Shown here in pieces: positions 25,858 through 35,833 of a DNA stretch of 64,000 nt. The notes under the pieces were generated by a model. It was not told the DNA's origin, did not search any database, and worked only from the letters and a program-made list of their open reading frames with translations. Origin of the DNA: a virus. Its lineage: Duplodnaviria > Caudoviricetes. Both the position numbers and the translations under genes were made by a program. The DNA is taken from IMG/VR virus record IMGVR_UViG_3300033463_006479, positions 128,464 through 192,463 of that record, one strand, 5' to 3'. Within the stretch, counting starts at the first letter, position 1. Each line of letters opens with the position of its first letter.

Positions 25858-27182
25858 CGAAATTATCCCTTTTATTCTTGTATTATTTATAAGACTTCAA
25901 GTTCAATAGTCGCTTCGTTGCTGTCCGATTGTTCACCAGTTTTATTGGGTCTTGCAAACGGTTGGTACACAGCTCCACGACCGTACTCGGCATTCCTTGC
26001 CGAGATATGTCTCTGCCATTCGTCTGGTTCATATTGTTCGTTGTTCTTCGCCGCATTGATGTCTCTGTCGTGATGAGCACCACAGTTCGGACAAGTCCAA
26101 TATCTTACTGCCAGATTTTTGACTTTCTTGTTTATATAACCGCACTCGCTGCACATCTGGCTTGACGGATAATATCTGTCAACTTTCATCATAGTCTTGC
26201 CGTTCCAAGCACATTTGTATTCAAGTGTCTGAACGAACTGATACCAGTTGCATTCGGATATGGATTCAGCAAGTTTGTGATTTTTCATCATACCTTTTAC
26301 ATTCAAATCCTCAACTTTTATCAAGTCATAAGTTTTGACCAGTTCTGCGGTTATCTTATGTATGTAGTCAGTTTTGATGTCTGTGATTTTCTGGTAGATT
26401 CGGTTGCATTTCAATACTTGGTTTTCATATCTCTTGCTTCCATAGACCTTCCTTGCCAGACATCTCTGATATTTTTTCAGTTTTCTTTTGTAATATCTGA
26501 TTATGCTTCGTTTGCTTGCATATTTGAATCCCTTGCTTGTGATTATAAGTTCCTTTATTCCGAGGTCAAGACCTACACGTTCATAAGTTTTGTTTCTTGG
26601 TGTGTAGTCCTGCTTGACCGTTATCGCTATGTAGTATCTGCCAGCCTTGTTTTTTGATATTGTGGCAAAGCAGATTTTACCTACAATTCCACGCTCCATA
26701 ACTATGTCTATTCCGCTTTTGAGCTTCGGAATGTATAGTTTGTTATCCTTGATATGAAATGTGTTAGGCTGTGCAATCTTGAACGACTGCTTGTCTCTTC
26801 TGTTCTTGAACTTCGGATAGGAGCTTCTGTGCTTGTAGAAATTGTCATACGCAGTATGCATATTCTTCAAACTGCATTGCAAAGACTGCAAAGGAACAAT
26901 GTTCAAGAACTCAAATCCTTCAAACTTGCGGATTTCTGTTAATTTACCAGACTGCACATTGTATGAATCACTTGTCTTTGCTTCATCATACTGTTTTTTT
27001 TTCTCGTTTAGAAAATGGTTGTACACAAACCTGCAACATCCGAACACATTGGCAAGATAAACTTGCTGCTCCTTGTTCGGATACAACCTAAACTTGTACG
27101 TGTACATTCTCTCCATCTGATTAAAACACTATACCATATTTATATTACTCACATTTTTACAAGACTGAAATGGATAATTCCA
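25858..27182 (-). mobile_element. tnpB-only IS607/IS1341-like element with imperfect 26-bp inverted ends
   Basis: Ends at 25858-25883 and 27157-27182, each 3 mismatches from the 21988 repeat; no tnpA inside. Confidence 0.82.
25887..27116 (-). CDS. tnpB: TnpB RNA-guided endonuclease
   Basis: YKFRLYPNKEQ HTH, GLDLG (D), VEDL (E), CSECG/CPNCG Zn ribbon, DRDINAAKN (D). Confidence 0.96.
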   Translation of the reverse strand: MERMYTYKFRLYPNKEQQVYLANVFGCCRFVYNHFLNEKKKQYDEAKTSDSYNVQSGKLTEIRKFEGFEFLNIVPLQSLQCSLKNMHTAYDNFYKHRSSYPKFKNRRDKQSFKIAQPNTFHIKDNKLYIPKLKSGIDIVMERGIVGKICFATISKNKAGRYYIAITVKQDYTPRNKTYERVGLDLGIKELIITSKGFKYASKRSIIRYYKRKLKKYQRCLARKVYGSKRYENQVLKCNRIYQKITDIKTDYIHKITAELVKTYDLIKVEDLNVKGMMKNHKLAESISECNWYQFVQTLEYKCAWNGKTMMKVDRYYPSSQMCSECGYINKKVKNLAVRYWTCPNCGAHHDRDINAAKNNEQYEPDEWQRHISARNAEYGRGAVYQPFARPNKTGEQSDSNEATIELEVL

Positions 27183-27193
27183 TTTATATGTGC

Positions 27194-28180
27194 CTATTTG
27201 ACATCAGCAACAGTATAGTACACATTGCTGATAAACATTTTCGGGATTGCAGTGAACGTATAGCACGCATTTTTTATTTCTGGTGCGGCGTTGTCACGCC
27301 AAAAATCAATGACAATATCATCATCGCCTTGTTTGCCACGTGGGTCAATTTCAATTATAGCATAGTTATGAATATGTTTCATATCTATAATTTTTCGCAA
27401 ATTGGAGATTGTATCTTCTTTTGTATCACATCTTCCACACAAGAAAATCTTTTCTGGAAAATACCTGTAACCAGTTTGCGATTTAGAATCTGATTGCGAC
27501 CTAACACGACCGACTTTTGGTCGGAGTCCAACACGCATTATGCTGTTAATGTTTTTTATATCTGTTATATGATAGACATATTGGTTTCTTTTTATTTCGT
27601 CATTTATACATTCAGTATAATATGGCTCAATAAAAACTGTAAGTTTCCCATTAACTGATTCTATAATAGTTATATAATAAAGATACAACTCCAATAAATC
27701 ATATAATTTATCGGACATTGGTGATGACAACAACATATTTGTTCCAACACAAGTATCATCTACAATAGAACAATTTGAACTGAACGATATGCTTATTGTA
27801 TCTATATCATTAGCTACATTATCGTCATAACCGCACACAGCATTATATTCGGAAACAAGTAAGTTTATTTTGTCAATAAGGGGTTTTGCGTTATGTGTGC
27901 GTAACGATTCATTAATATTAATTATGTGATTTATATGCCCGCACATAGGCCGTTCCCGTATTCCAGACCATTGCCAGTTTTTACTGTAGTAATAACCAAG
28001 AGCATAATCAACAATCTCGTCATCTGAATTTTTTTCATCAATATGGCTTAAATCAAAAAACTCTTCAATTGTACGGAAATCATAACCCTCTTGTATTGAA
28101 GATAGTCGCAACGGTATATTTGAATATTTTTCGTAATCCGTTTTCATAATAAATTTCATTTGATTTTTTATCCATATCAT
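27194..28180 (-). CDS. hypothetical protein with C-terminal ADP-ribosyltransferase-like motif
   Basis: YVYHITD..NINSIMRVGLRPK...KIFL. Confidence 0.5.
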   Translation of the reverse strand: MIWIKNQMKFIMKTDYEKYSNIPLRLSSIQEGYDFRTIEEFFDLSHIDEKNSDDEIVDYALGYYYSKNWQWSGIRERPMCGHINHIININESLRTHNAKPLIDKINLLVSEYNAVCGYDDNVANDIDTISISFSSNCSIVDDTCVGTNMLLSSPMSDKLYDLLELYLYYITIIESVNGKLTVFIEPYYTECINDEIKRNQYVYHITDIKNINSIMRVGLRPKVGRVRSQSDSKSQTGYRYFPEKIFLCGRCDTKEDTISNLRKIIDMKHIHNYAIIEIDPRGKQGDDDIVIDFWRDNAAPEIKNACYTFTAIPKMFISNVYYTVADVK

Positions 28181-29751
28181 TTTTGTTTTGAAGCATCTGT
28201 GAACAAATCAAACTTGATTGCTGGATATGATTCATAATCCTCAATACGTATATCTTCTGGCGTTATCTGGTCATAACGCAAAACCGTTTGAGGAAGAACA
28301 AGTTTGGCCGCACCGAACAAATGGGGGTTTCGTTCAAGCATTTCAAGAACGCCGTCCGTGTGGTTTTTGTAAATGTGTGCGTTTCCAAGAGAACCAGCAA
28401 GCATCTTCGGGCACATATTGACTGTCTTTGCTATGATTGACAGAAGTATGGCATAACTCAATATATTGAACGGAATACCCAATGCCATATCACAAGAACG
28501 CTGTATCCAACGCATACTCAAATAGTATTCTGGTATGTTGTATGTTTTCAGCACATACTCCATATTCATACCTTTTGTATCAAGACCTATTGTGTTGTAA
28601 TACAATTCAACTCTTTCGTCAAAAGGTATGGGTTCTGCATAGAACTCCATAGCATAATGACAAGGCGGCAATGCCATTTTATCCATAAAAGCAGGATTCC
28701 AAGCAGACACAACAAGCCGTCTATTGTTCGGGTCTGTTTTTAATTTTTCAACAACGGCATCCAACTGGTTCACACCAGAATGACCGAAGTCTGTCCATTG
28801 TGAGCCGTAGATTGGACCGACATCGCCAAAAGTATAATTCTCTCCATCAATGTCAATACTTGTTTCGTTTTTAACACCATCCAAAAAAGTATCAAAATCA
28901 ACTGGTTCGATATTCGCTGATTTGGCAATTTTCACATAATGGGCATACGCATCCTTATCCCATATATGAACATTTCTGTCAACCAGATATTTAATGTTCT
29001 TGCATCCGTTAAGAAACCAAACAAGTTCCACAACAACAGCATTTAAAGCCATTTTCTTTGTTGTGAGAACTGGCAGACCTTTGCGTAAATCAAAATGCAG
29101 ATGTGCATCAAATATACTGCGGGCAGTTCCTACCCTTGTGGGTGTATCAACACCATTTTCAAGAATATCACGCAGCAGGTTCAGATATTGTATGTCGCAA
29201 TGTGATTCGTGTCGTTTTCTGAACATTGTGAAAAACGTATGGTCATCGACATCTTCAATCATACGGACATCATATTTTTTCTGAAATCTTCCGCCATTTG
29301 TGGCATTGCCTATAGTGTACCAGAATTTTGGAAAATATGTGTCAAATTTTTCAATGCTGCAATTCTTGATGACACTGCAATAAATGGTATCGGCCAAGTC
29401 ATTGTCCATAACATATTTGTAAACCTGCGCCCCGCCAATATAATACACTTGTTTATAGCCCAACGTTTCAGCAATACTTTCAGCCTCATCAAACGATGAG
29501 GCATAAGCAAGCCAAGTTTTGTCAGAAGGCTGCGACACGCCATTGGTGTCGGCCTTTGAAGTAACCACTATATTCACTCTGTTTTTTAGCGGATGACCAA
29601 TGGATTCAAATGTGGTTCTACCCATAATGACAGCTTGCCCTTTTGTAAGACGGACAAACCTTCTCATATCGCTTTTGTTTTCCCAAGGCATTTTGCCGTT
29701 AAGTCCGATACCGCCATTCTGACTGACGGCAACAACAACATTTCTAATCAT
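28177..29751 (-). CDS. bifunctional dihydrofolate reductase-thymidylate synthase
   Basis: GIGLNGKMPW, VIMGRTTFESI, IGGAQVY; then GPIYGSQW, MALPPCH, QRSCD, IPFN, GNAHIY. Confidence 0.95.
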   Translation of the reverse strand: MIRNVVVAVSQNGGIGLNGKMPWENKSDMRRFVRLTKGQAVIMGRTTFESIGHPLKNRVNIVVTSKADTNGVSQPSDKTWLAYASSFDEAESIAETLGYKQVYYIGGAQVYKYVMDNDLADTIYCSVIKNCSIEKFDTYFPKFWYTIGNATNGGRFQKKYDVRMIEDVDDHTFFTMFRKRHESHCDIQYLNLLRDILENGVDTPTRVGTARSIFDAHLHFDLRKGLPVLTTKKMALNAVVVELVWFLNGCKNIKYLVDRNVHIWDKDAYAHYVKIAKSANIEPVDFDTFLDGVKNETSIDIDGENYTFGDVGPIYGSQWTDFGHSGVNQLDAVVEKLKTDPNNRRLVVSAWNPAFMDKMALPPCHYAMEFYAEPIPFDERVELYYNTIGLDTKGMNMEYVLKTYNIPEYYLSMRWIQRSCDMALGIPFNILSYAILLSIIAKTVNMCPKMLAGSLGNAHIYKNHTDGVLEMLERNPHLFGAAKLVLPQTVLRYDQITPEDIRIEDYESYPAIKFDLFTDASKQK

Positions 29752-30320
29752 TTCAAATTCTCCTTTAAATATTCATTAGCCTTTCTGAAAAGTTCCTTTG
29801 TCTTGGAAAGCGACATTCCCATAGTTTCGGAAATGCTTATGAAATCGGTTTTTCCGTTGTGTGTTTCCTTGAAACCATATTTCATATCAACAATGTCCCT
29901 GCTTTTTGAATCAAGACTTCCCACAAGACGTTTGTAATCCATAATGACTTCATTATAAATTGCATCATTGAACTGCACAAATTCCGTATCATCGCCATCA
30001 TCATAGGTAATGCCGACATAACTATGCGTGATATTATCGTATTTCTTGAAACCAGAATTAAGTCTATGATACGGGATATGAACGACATTACGCTGAAGGT
30101 TAATTTCGTTCTTTGCATATTCAGTCATAAGAGGTTTGCAGAAAACCCAGAAGTTAGGATTTTTTGCAGAATCGTATTTTTCCATACTTTTGACAACAGC
30201 AAGCGCACACACCTGCCGCACGTCATTTTGTGTTTCCTCGTTGAAACAGTTGAATTTGCAGAATATATAACTTACAATCCTGCTGAAATCCTTTGACTTG
30301 AGAAGTTCATTTATTTCCAT
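29748..30320 (-). CDS. sigma70-family RNA polymerase sigma factor-like protein
   Basis: Region 2-like (DVRQ..ALAVVKSMEKYD...F..F, VVHIP) and region 4 HTH (RDIVDMKYGF...ISETMGMS). Confidence 0.75.
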   Translation of the reverse strand: MEINELLKSKDFSRIVSYIFCKFNCFNEETQNDVRQVCALAVVKSMEKYDSAKNPNFWVFCKPLMTEYAKNEINLQRNVVHIPYHRLNSGFKKYDNITHSYVGITYDDGDDTEFVQFNDAIYNEVIMDYKRLVGSLDSKSRDIVDMKYGFKETHNGKTDFISISETMGMSLSKTKELFRKANEYLKENLK

Positions 30321-30601
30321 AGCACATCGATTTTTTTGTACATAGCGTTTTTGATAGTTTCAAGGCCGTTTTTTTCTTCAAATCTTGAATCACCGCTTGA
30401 CGAAAAAATCACAAAGTGCTGTTTTTTGGTATCCCAATAGGCAAGCCCGTAAACGCCATACTTGACGATTGCATTGTCTTTTTCGGAATTGGACTTGTTT
30501 GTGTCGGCAAACAAGTCAAGTTGTACATTTCTCTTCACGGCATACACTATGCCATAGCCGCCTTCTGACGGCTTTTCATTTCTCGAATCTTTCCAGTCCA
30601 T
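30311..30601 (-). CDS. hypothetical protein with QLDLF motif
   Basis: 96-aa ORF in operon. Confidence 0.65.
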   Translation of the reverse strand: MDWKDSRNEKPSEGGYGIVYAVKRNVQLDLFADTNKSNSEKDNAIVKYGVYGLAYWDTKKQHFVIFSSSGDSRFEEKNGLETIKNAMYKKIDVLWK

Positions 30602-30632
30602 ATATGTAAATTTTTAAAAGTTATCAAAAAAA

Positions 30633-31364
30633 TCAATCCTTAATAATCGTAACATTACTGTAATCAATCGGTGTGTAATATTTCCTATTGTCAATTATAG
30701 TTTTCGCTTCCATATAGTATGAATCATACTCATCTTTTCCAAGAGCCACAATCTCGTTATCCTTAAATCCCATAATAGGATTTGAATATATAGCGGTCTG
30801 CTCATAGTCAAATCGGTTTATCTTGACAAGGACACGGTTTCCATTATAATCAATGCCGAAAGCATCAGTGTACATAAGGTCTGTGCTCTTTTTCATAAAA
30901 TAATCTGGATAACCATCATTTGCGTGGACATCGTTTTTTGGCTCTGGCTGGACAGCTGATGTCTTTTTGTGCGGTTCTGGTGTCGCATAGTCGTTGGTTG
31001 AAATTACCACTCGTGTTTCCTCTGGAATTGCAGTTATGGTGTTTTGCGGTTTCACGCTTTTCCACACAAATCGGCCATCTATTTTTTTCAGATAATTATG
31101 GCGCAAAGAACAAAGTTCAAAATCCTTATCAGTTTCAATTTTTTCTATTAGATTGAACAGATTTTCCGCTATTGTTTCTGGACTATAATGCTTGCAATAC
31201 AATTCATACAACTTTGATACGCAAGACACTGCGTTATCACCGCCAGCATTATCATTGAACACGCCATCGTTATACGTAGCACACCACTCCCCGTTTGAGA
31301 ATTGTATGTTTATGTTTTTGCTGTCATCGCCGAACAAAGCGAGTTTTTTTGTCAAATCGTCCAT
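30633..31364 (-). CDS. hypothetical protein
   Basis: Long ORF; start probably MDDLTKK. Confidence 0.7.
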   Translation of the reverse strand: MDDLTKKLALFGDDSKNINIQFSNGEWCATYNDGVFNDNAGGDNAVSCVSKLYELYCKHYSPETIAENLFNLIEKIETDKDFELCSLRHNYLKKIDGRFVWKSVKPQNTITAIPEETRVVISTNDYATPEPHKKTSAVQPEPKNDVHANDGYPDYFMKKSTDLMYTDAFGIDYNGNRVLVKINRFDYEQTAIYSNPIMGFKDNEIVALGKDEYDSYYMEAKTIIDNRKYYTPIDYSNVTIIKD

Positions 31365-31366
31365 AG

Positions 31367-31923
31367 TTACACATTGAATATTTTTGTAAAATCTTTGAGA
31401 TAGTCGCAACGGATTATTTTCTCACATCCGCCAAGCGTGCGCAAATCAACAAACTGGTTGTATGTCGCATAGATGAGAACTCCGTATTCAGCATCAACAC
31501 CAGCGAATTTCTTGGGATTGTCATCAATGAAAAAATCAAGTCTGCCAAATCTGTTCTTGTCGTGCAGGAAACACAAGTCGTTGAACTTGAATCCGTTTTT
31601 AACAAGCCACTCAATCGTATATATTTTTTGTGATGAGTTTGGCTGTGTGGTCAATATGACAACATCGTTGCGTGATGCAAGTTCGTTGAACGCTTCTTTT
31701 GCACCATCAATTACTGGTGCGTCATAGAACAGTTCCTTGCAATGTTTGTTGAAAAAGAAATCGTCAGCGTCATCCAACATAGGAAACGACTTCTTCAAAT
31801 CATAGAAAACCATATCTTTTATGGTCTTGTTCTCATTAAATTCCTTATTGTAAACGTCAATGGCTGCGAGAGTGAAATCCCGCAGCACTCCATCAACATC
31901 TATGCCTATACGTTTTCTGCTCA
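31367..31923 (-). CDS. 5'(3')-deoxyribonucleotidase (HAD family)
   Basis: IGIDVDGVL, FFIDDNP; start MSRKR (approximate). Confidence 0.88.
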
Positions 31924-31988
31924 TTTTACCGAATTTTGAGTGTAATAATCCTAATAGTATATAATAAAAAACAGAATTTTTGTGACTG

Positions 31989-33131
31989 TTATTTGCAATA
32001 AATTTTTCGTTCAAGCAACTCACCGATTTCAGAATCATATACCACATAATACTGACAAGGTTCTTCATATGCAAATCCGTTTGTCATAGCAAATGTGTTA
32101 TACCCGATAATGCTTCCATTGACGGCTGCGTTTGTGATTGATGTGCAGCAATGAAAATGGCCGAGGAATATGCGGTCTTGATTGAACGTGTTGTTCCATT
32201 TCAAACTCAATCTGTTTAATGCTGGATAGATTCCGCAAACTGTTCCAGTTCCGCTGCCCCTAATCTGGAATCCGTGGCAGAAAATGAAACGCCTTCCATC
32301 ATCGGTATCCACAATGGCAAGTTCGCTGTCTGGAATATTGAATACAATCGGAAGTTTTGCCGTGCCACATTGCTGTTCAATGTTTTTATACATAAGCCAT
32401 TCATAACTCAACTTGTAACCGTTGGCGTGCTGTATCTTTTTTGTGGTACGGGAATGGTTTCCGACAATACCAATAAACTGGATTTGCTTCAACTTTGTAT
32501 TGTTACACAAAAAGCAAAGGCCGCTGTAAATCAGATTTTGAGCGAGCAATGTGGCTTCAAGCGGAGACATACCATTTGTCTGCGACAGCTCATCGTGTAT
32601 GTAACCAGAGATTGTGTCACCGAGGCTTGCAAAAATCAATCGTTCAACACCGTCCTTGTTAAGACAGCAGGCGAGGTTTGTAAAATATGTTTCAATCCTC
32701 TGCTTGGCAATGTCAATGTTATATTCATTCTTGCCGAGAACCGATGCAGCCGTTACCGTTTCCTCAATATGAGCATCAGAGAATAGTGCAATGGCATATT
32801 TGCTGCCTTCAGCCTTTTTCTTGAATTTGAAGTCATATTTTTCAAACGGCAGGGATTCAATGTTTTTCAATTTTTTGAAATTCTCGAACTCTGGGTCAAT
32901 AATGGGTTGTTCCTGCATTTCTTCATCCGAACCAGCGTTTTTCGGTATTGGGGATTTGAATGTATAGGTAACATTCCCGTTTTTATAATAGCCGTAGTTT
33001 TTGAGTGATTCGGCTATGTTGTCACGTTTTCTGTGAATGGTCTTTGCCATTTTGCGTATGCTCGGATATTCAGAGCCGTCACTGCCGACAATCGGGTTGC
33101 ATACGCTTGGTGTGATTTTAAAATTTGACAT
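31989..33131 (-). CDS. metallophosphoesterase
   Basis: SDAH, LGD, GNHSR, HG, GHFH. Confidence 0.85.
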   Translation of the reverse strand: MSNFKITPSVCNPIVGSDGSEYPSIRKMAKTIHRKRDNIAESLKNYGYYKNGNVTYTFKSPIPKNAGSDEEMQEQPIIDPEFENFKKLKNIESLPFEKYDFKFKKKAEGSKYAIALFSDAHIEETVTAASVLGKNEYNIDIAKQRIETYFTNLACCLNKDGVERLIFASLGDTISGYIHDELSQTNGMSPLEATLLAQNLIYSGLCFLCNNTKLKQIQFIGIVGNHSRTTKKIQHANGYKLSYEWLMYKNIEQQCGTAKLPIVFNIPDSELAIVDTDDGRRFIFCHGFQIRGSGTGTVCGIYPALNRLSLKWNNTFNQDRIFLGHFHCCTSITNAAVNGSIIGYNTFAMTNGFAYEEPCQYYVVYDSEIGELLERKIYCK

Positions 33132-33139
33132 AGTATATG

Positions 33140-34090
33140 TTATTTAGTTATTTTTCTGATAAGAATACGTTTATAGACACATTTGCCATTGACTATAAAC
33201 TGACCGCCAGCAACACCTTCGCCACCATTCCCATTAAGGTCGTGCTCGTGACCTATAAGTTCAAATTGATTGCTATTATACTTATCTATAAAAGTTACTG
33301 GAACACCCATAAGACCATCATAATCCAATGGTATGTCTTCAGTTTTGTCAATATTTATTGCATCAAAATTATCATATTTAGGATAAACCGATACTTCGTA
33401 TTGTTTTCCAGTATTCAGCATTTCTGGCTCGTATCCGTGTTTCAAATTTGTAAACCATCGGACACCTCTGACACGTATGGTCTTTCCACATTCTGTTGTT
33501 TTTCCACAAGCACCTTCATATGTACCATATTCATTTGGAACGCCAAATAAACAGCCACCACCACGTATTGTAACGCCAAGCCTTATGTTTCCATTTTTAA
33601 TATGTTGGAACAATTCTTTTGTGGTAACTGCGTTTACATTGCCTATTGCAAGAAACAGCTTGTTATATTGAATCATAAAACGCACAAATTCCCTAAACAT
33701 AGAAAATGGCGGGTTTGTGATAACAATATCACATTGTTCAAGTAATCTTATACATTCCATTGAACGAAAATCGCCATCACCATTAAAATATGTTACATTT
33801 GTATCTATACCATCATATTCTACATAAAACGCACGTTCATCATTGTTAAGGTCAAGCAAACTGCGTTTTTTATAACAACTTGCAATGAGTTTGCGTAGTC
33901 CAAATGTCTTGAAGTTGTTTTTCAAATATTTGTAAAAATTGCTAACACGATAATCATCGCAGTTGCAATATATCGTTTTTCCAACAAAAAACTTGGCATA
34001 ATGACACAACTCATTTTCGACTTCCACATATCTTGTGTAGAACTCGTCCATTTTGTCATTTTTTGCTATGTTAAGTCCCTTGTTGTTCAT
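33140..34090 (-). CDS. adenine DNA methyltransferase, EcoRI family
   Basis: DEFYT, YCNCDD, GDFRS, ITNPPFS. Confidence 0.9.
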   Translation of the reverse strand: MNNKGLNIAKNDKMDEFYTRYVEVENELCHYAKFFVGKTIYCNCDDYRVSNFYKYLKNNFKTFGLRKLIASCYKKRSLLDLNNDERAFYVEYDGIDTNVTYFNGDGDFRSMECIRLLEQCDIVITNPPFSMFREFVRFMIQYNKLFLAIGNVNAVTTKELFQHIKNGNIRLGVTIRGGGCLFGVPNEYGTYEGACGKTTECGKTIRVRGVRWFTNLKHGYEPEMLNTGKQYEVSVYPKYDNFDAINIDKTEDIPLDYDGLMGVPVTFIDKYNSNQFELIGHEHDLNGNGGEGVAGGQFIVNGKCVYKRILIRKITK

Positions 34091-34827
34091 TAAAAAAGTT
34101 TTTTACCAGATTCGTCTATACGTTTTTTGGCTATCTCAAAATATTTTTCTTCAATCTCAATACCTATGAAATTCCTATTGGTGTTCATACAAGCAACACC
34201 AGTAGAGCCGCTGCCCATACAGTTGTCAAGAACAACTCCATCCTCTGGGCAATACGACTTTACAAGAAACTCCATAAGTTCAACTGGCTTTTGTGTCGGA
34301 TGCACTTGGTCTTGCCTTCTCCATTTCTGCGGAAAGTCAAGTACAGTGGACGGATGGCGAGTGCCCTTGTTGTCGGTTTGCACACCCTTTATGCCATATT
34401 GCATATTGTTCACCTTATTGGGTGTATATTTCCTTTTATATGGTGTCCCCTTATGCATTTGTGGTTCATAATACGCAGCACTTTCACCAAACACCAAAAC
34501 CATCTCGTGTTTTTTTAGTGGCATATATTTAGCGGTAAGTGGTGAACCAGACTTTGACTTTTGCCATACCATATCATATCTGAACAGCCGCTCATTTGAC
34601 AAAGCAAGTTTGAAAGCAAACAGTCCAGCACCAAAAAGAACAATGTTTCCCTTTGGCTTTATAATTCTTTCGTATGCAGCCCACATATCATCAAAAGGTA
34701 TAACGGTGTCCCATCTGTTCGCCGTAGTGCCATACGGAAGGTCGCACAGAACAAGGTCAATGCTATGGTCTGGTATGTGTGCCATAACATCAAAGCAATC
34801 CCCGTTATACAAATTGAATGAGCTCAT
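34090..34827 (-). CDS. N4/N6 DNA methyltransferase (beta class)
   Basis: DLPYG, HPTQKP, DNCMGSGST. Confidence 0.93.
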   Translation of the reverse strand: MSSFNLYNGDCFDVMAHIPDHSIDLVLCDLPYGTTANRWDTVIPFDDMWAAYERIIKPKGNIVLFGAGLFAFKLALSNERLFRYDMVWQKSKSGSPLTAKYMPLKKHEMVLVFGESAAYYEPQMHKGTPYKRKYTPNKVNNMQYGIKGVQTDNKGTRHPSTVLDFPQKWRRQDQVHPTQKPVELMEFLVKSYCPEDGVVLDNCMGSGSTGVACMNTNRNFIGIEIEEKYFEIAKKRIDESGKKLF

Positions 34828-34830
34828 AAA

Positions 34831-35808
34831 TCAAAAAAGTTTCTTTGTATCTTTTGTATTATCTGTATTGTTTATTATAGTTCTAACCGAATTTGAAAAA
34901 TCATCACATTCAACAACACGCTCTTTCGGATATTCATATATTTTGTTTCTTTTTATAAATTCTTCTCGAAGTGATTTGGTTTCCTTTTTATCACGCCCAA
35001 GAACAAACGCATATTTATGCTTTGGCGGAAACTTCAATTTAACAGATTTTTCGTACATCTCATTTGAATAGTCACGAAGTTTGCGTTCAATATCATCTGG
35101 TATTCTTTCCCAAAAAATATGCTGGTCATCGTTCCATTCCTTTCTCCACACAATACCTAAATCTTTAGCATAGTGCTTATAAAAACTTCTTGTCCGAAAT
35201 GTTCTATCTGTTACAATTTTTGTTGGATTATATGGATTGATGCATCGTATGGATGTTCCGCTATTCTTTCCGAGATAGTAAAAATTAAGTGCTTGATAAA
35301 TAGACCCCTTTTCTTTCGCTTGTGTATCGCTATAACAAGTAAAAAGTCTATAATCAGTATTTGCAACCATCCATTTTATGCACCACATAAGAAACTTGCT
35401 CCCAAGATTAAATGGTGTCCAACTTGCACTTGCACCTCTTGATATAAGACGTTCAAGTTTTTTTGTTTTTTCGCCAAGCAAATTACTAAAAGCGTTTGGC
35501 ATAGACATTATTATGACACCGCCAAGAATACCTTTATATGTAGCACCAAACCAATGTGTCGGAAAACTTCCTATTGTTCCAAGCCATTCGTACCTTTTTA
35601 TAAATTCAGTGGCATTTGTCTTTTCCACATCGGTTATTATTGGATGAAATTCAAAATCGGACAATTTTATATTAGATATGTCATCATCACTCCAACCATA
35701 ACGTTTTTTATCATATTCCAACGTATCAAGCCGCCTCTGGTATTGATAACACCAATCTTTGTCAAAGCCAACAATTTTTTTCAACAAATCTAAATTACTC
35801 ATAAACAA
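34831..35808 (-). CDS. Mom-like (GNAT-fold) DNA modification enzyme
   Basis: FIKRYEWLG, LISR, CYSD..AKEKGSIYQALNFYYLG. Confidence 0.7.
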   Translation of the reverse strand: MFMSNLDLLKKIVGFDKDWCYQYQRRLDTLEYDKKRYGWSDDDISNIKLSDFEFHPIITDVEKTNATEFIKRYEWLGTIGSFPTHWFGATYKGILGGVIIMSMPNAFSNLLGEKTKKLERLISRGASASWTPFNLGSKFLMWCIKWMVANTDYRLFTCYSDTQAKEKGSIYQALNFYYLGKNSGTSIRCINPYNPTKIVTDRTFRTRSFYKHYAKDLGIVWRKEWNDDQHIFWERIPDDIERKLRDYSNEMYEKSVKLKFPPKHKYAFVLGRDKKETKSLREEFIKRNKIYEYPKERVVECDDFSNSVRTIINNTDNTKDTKKLF

Positions 35809-35833
35809 TTACCAAATTTATGTAATTTAATTA

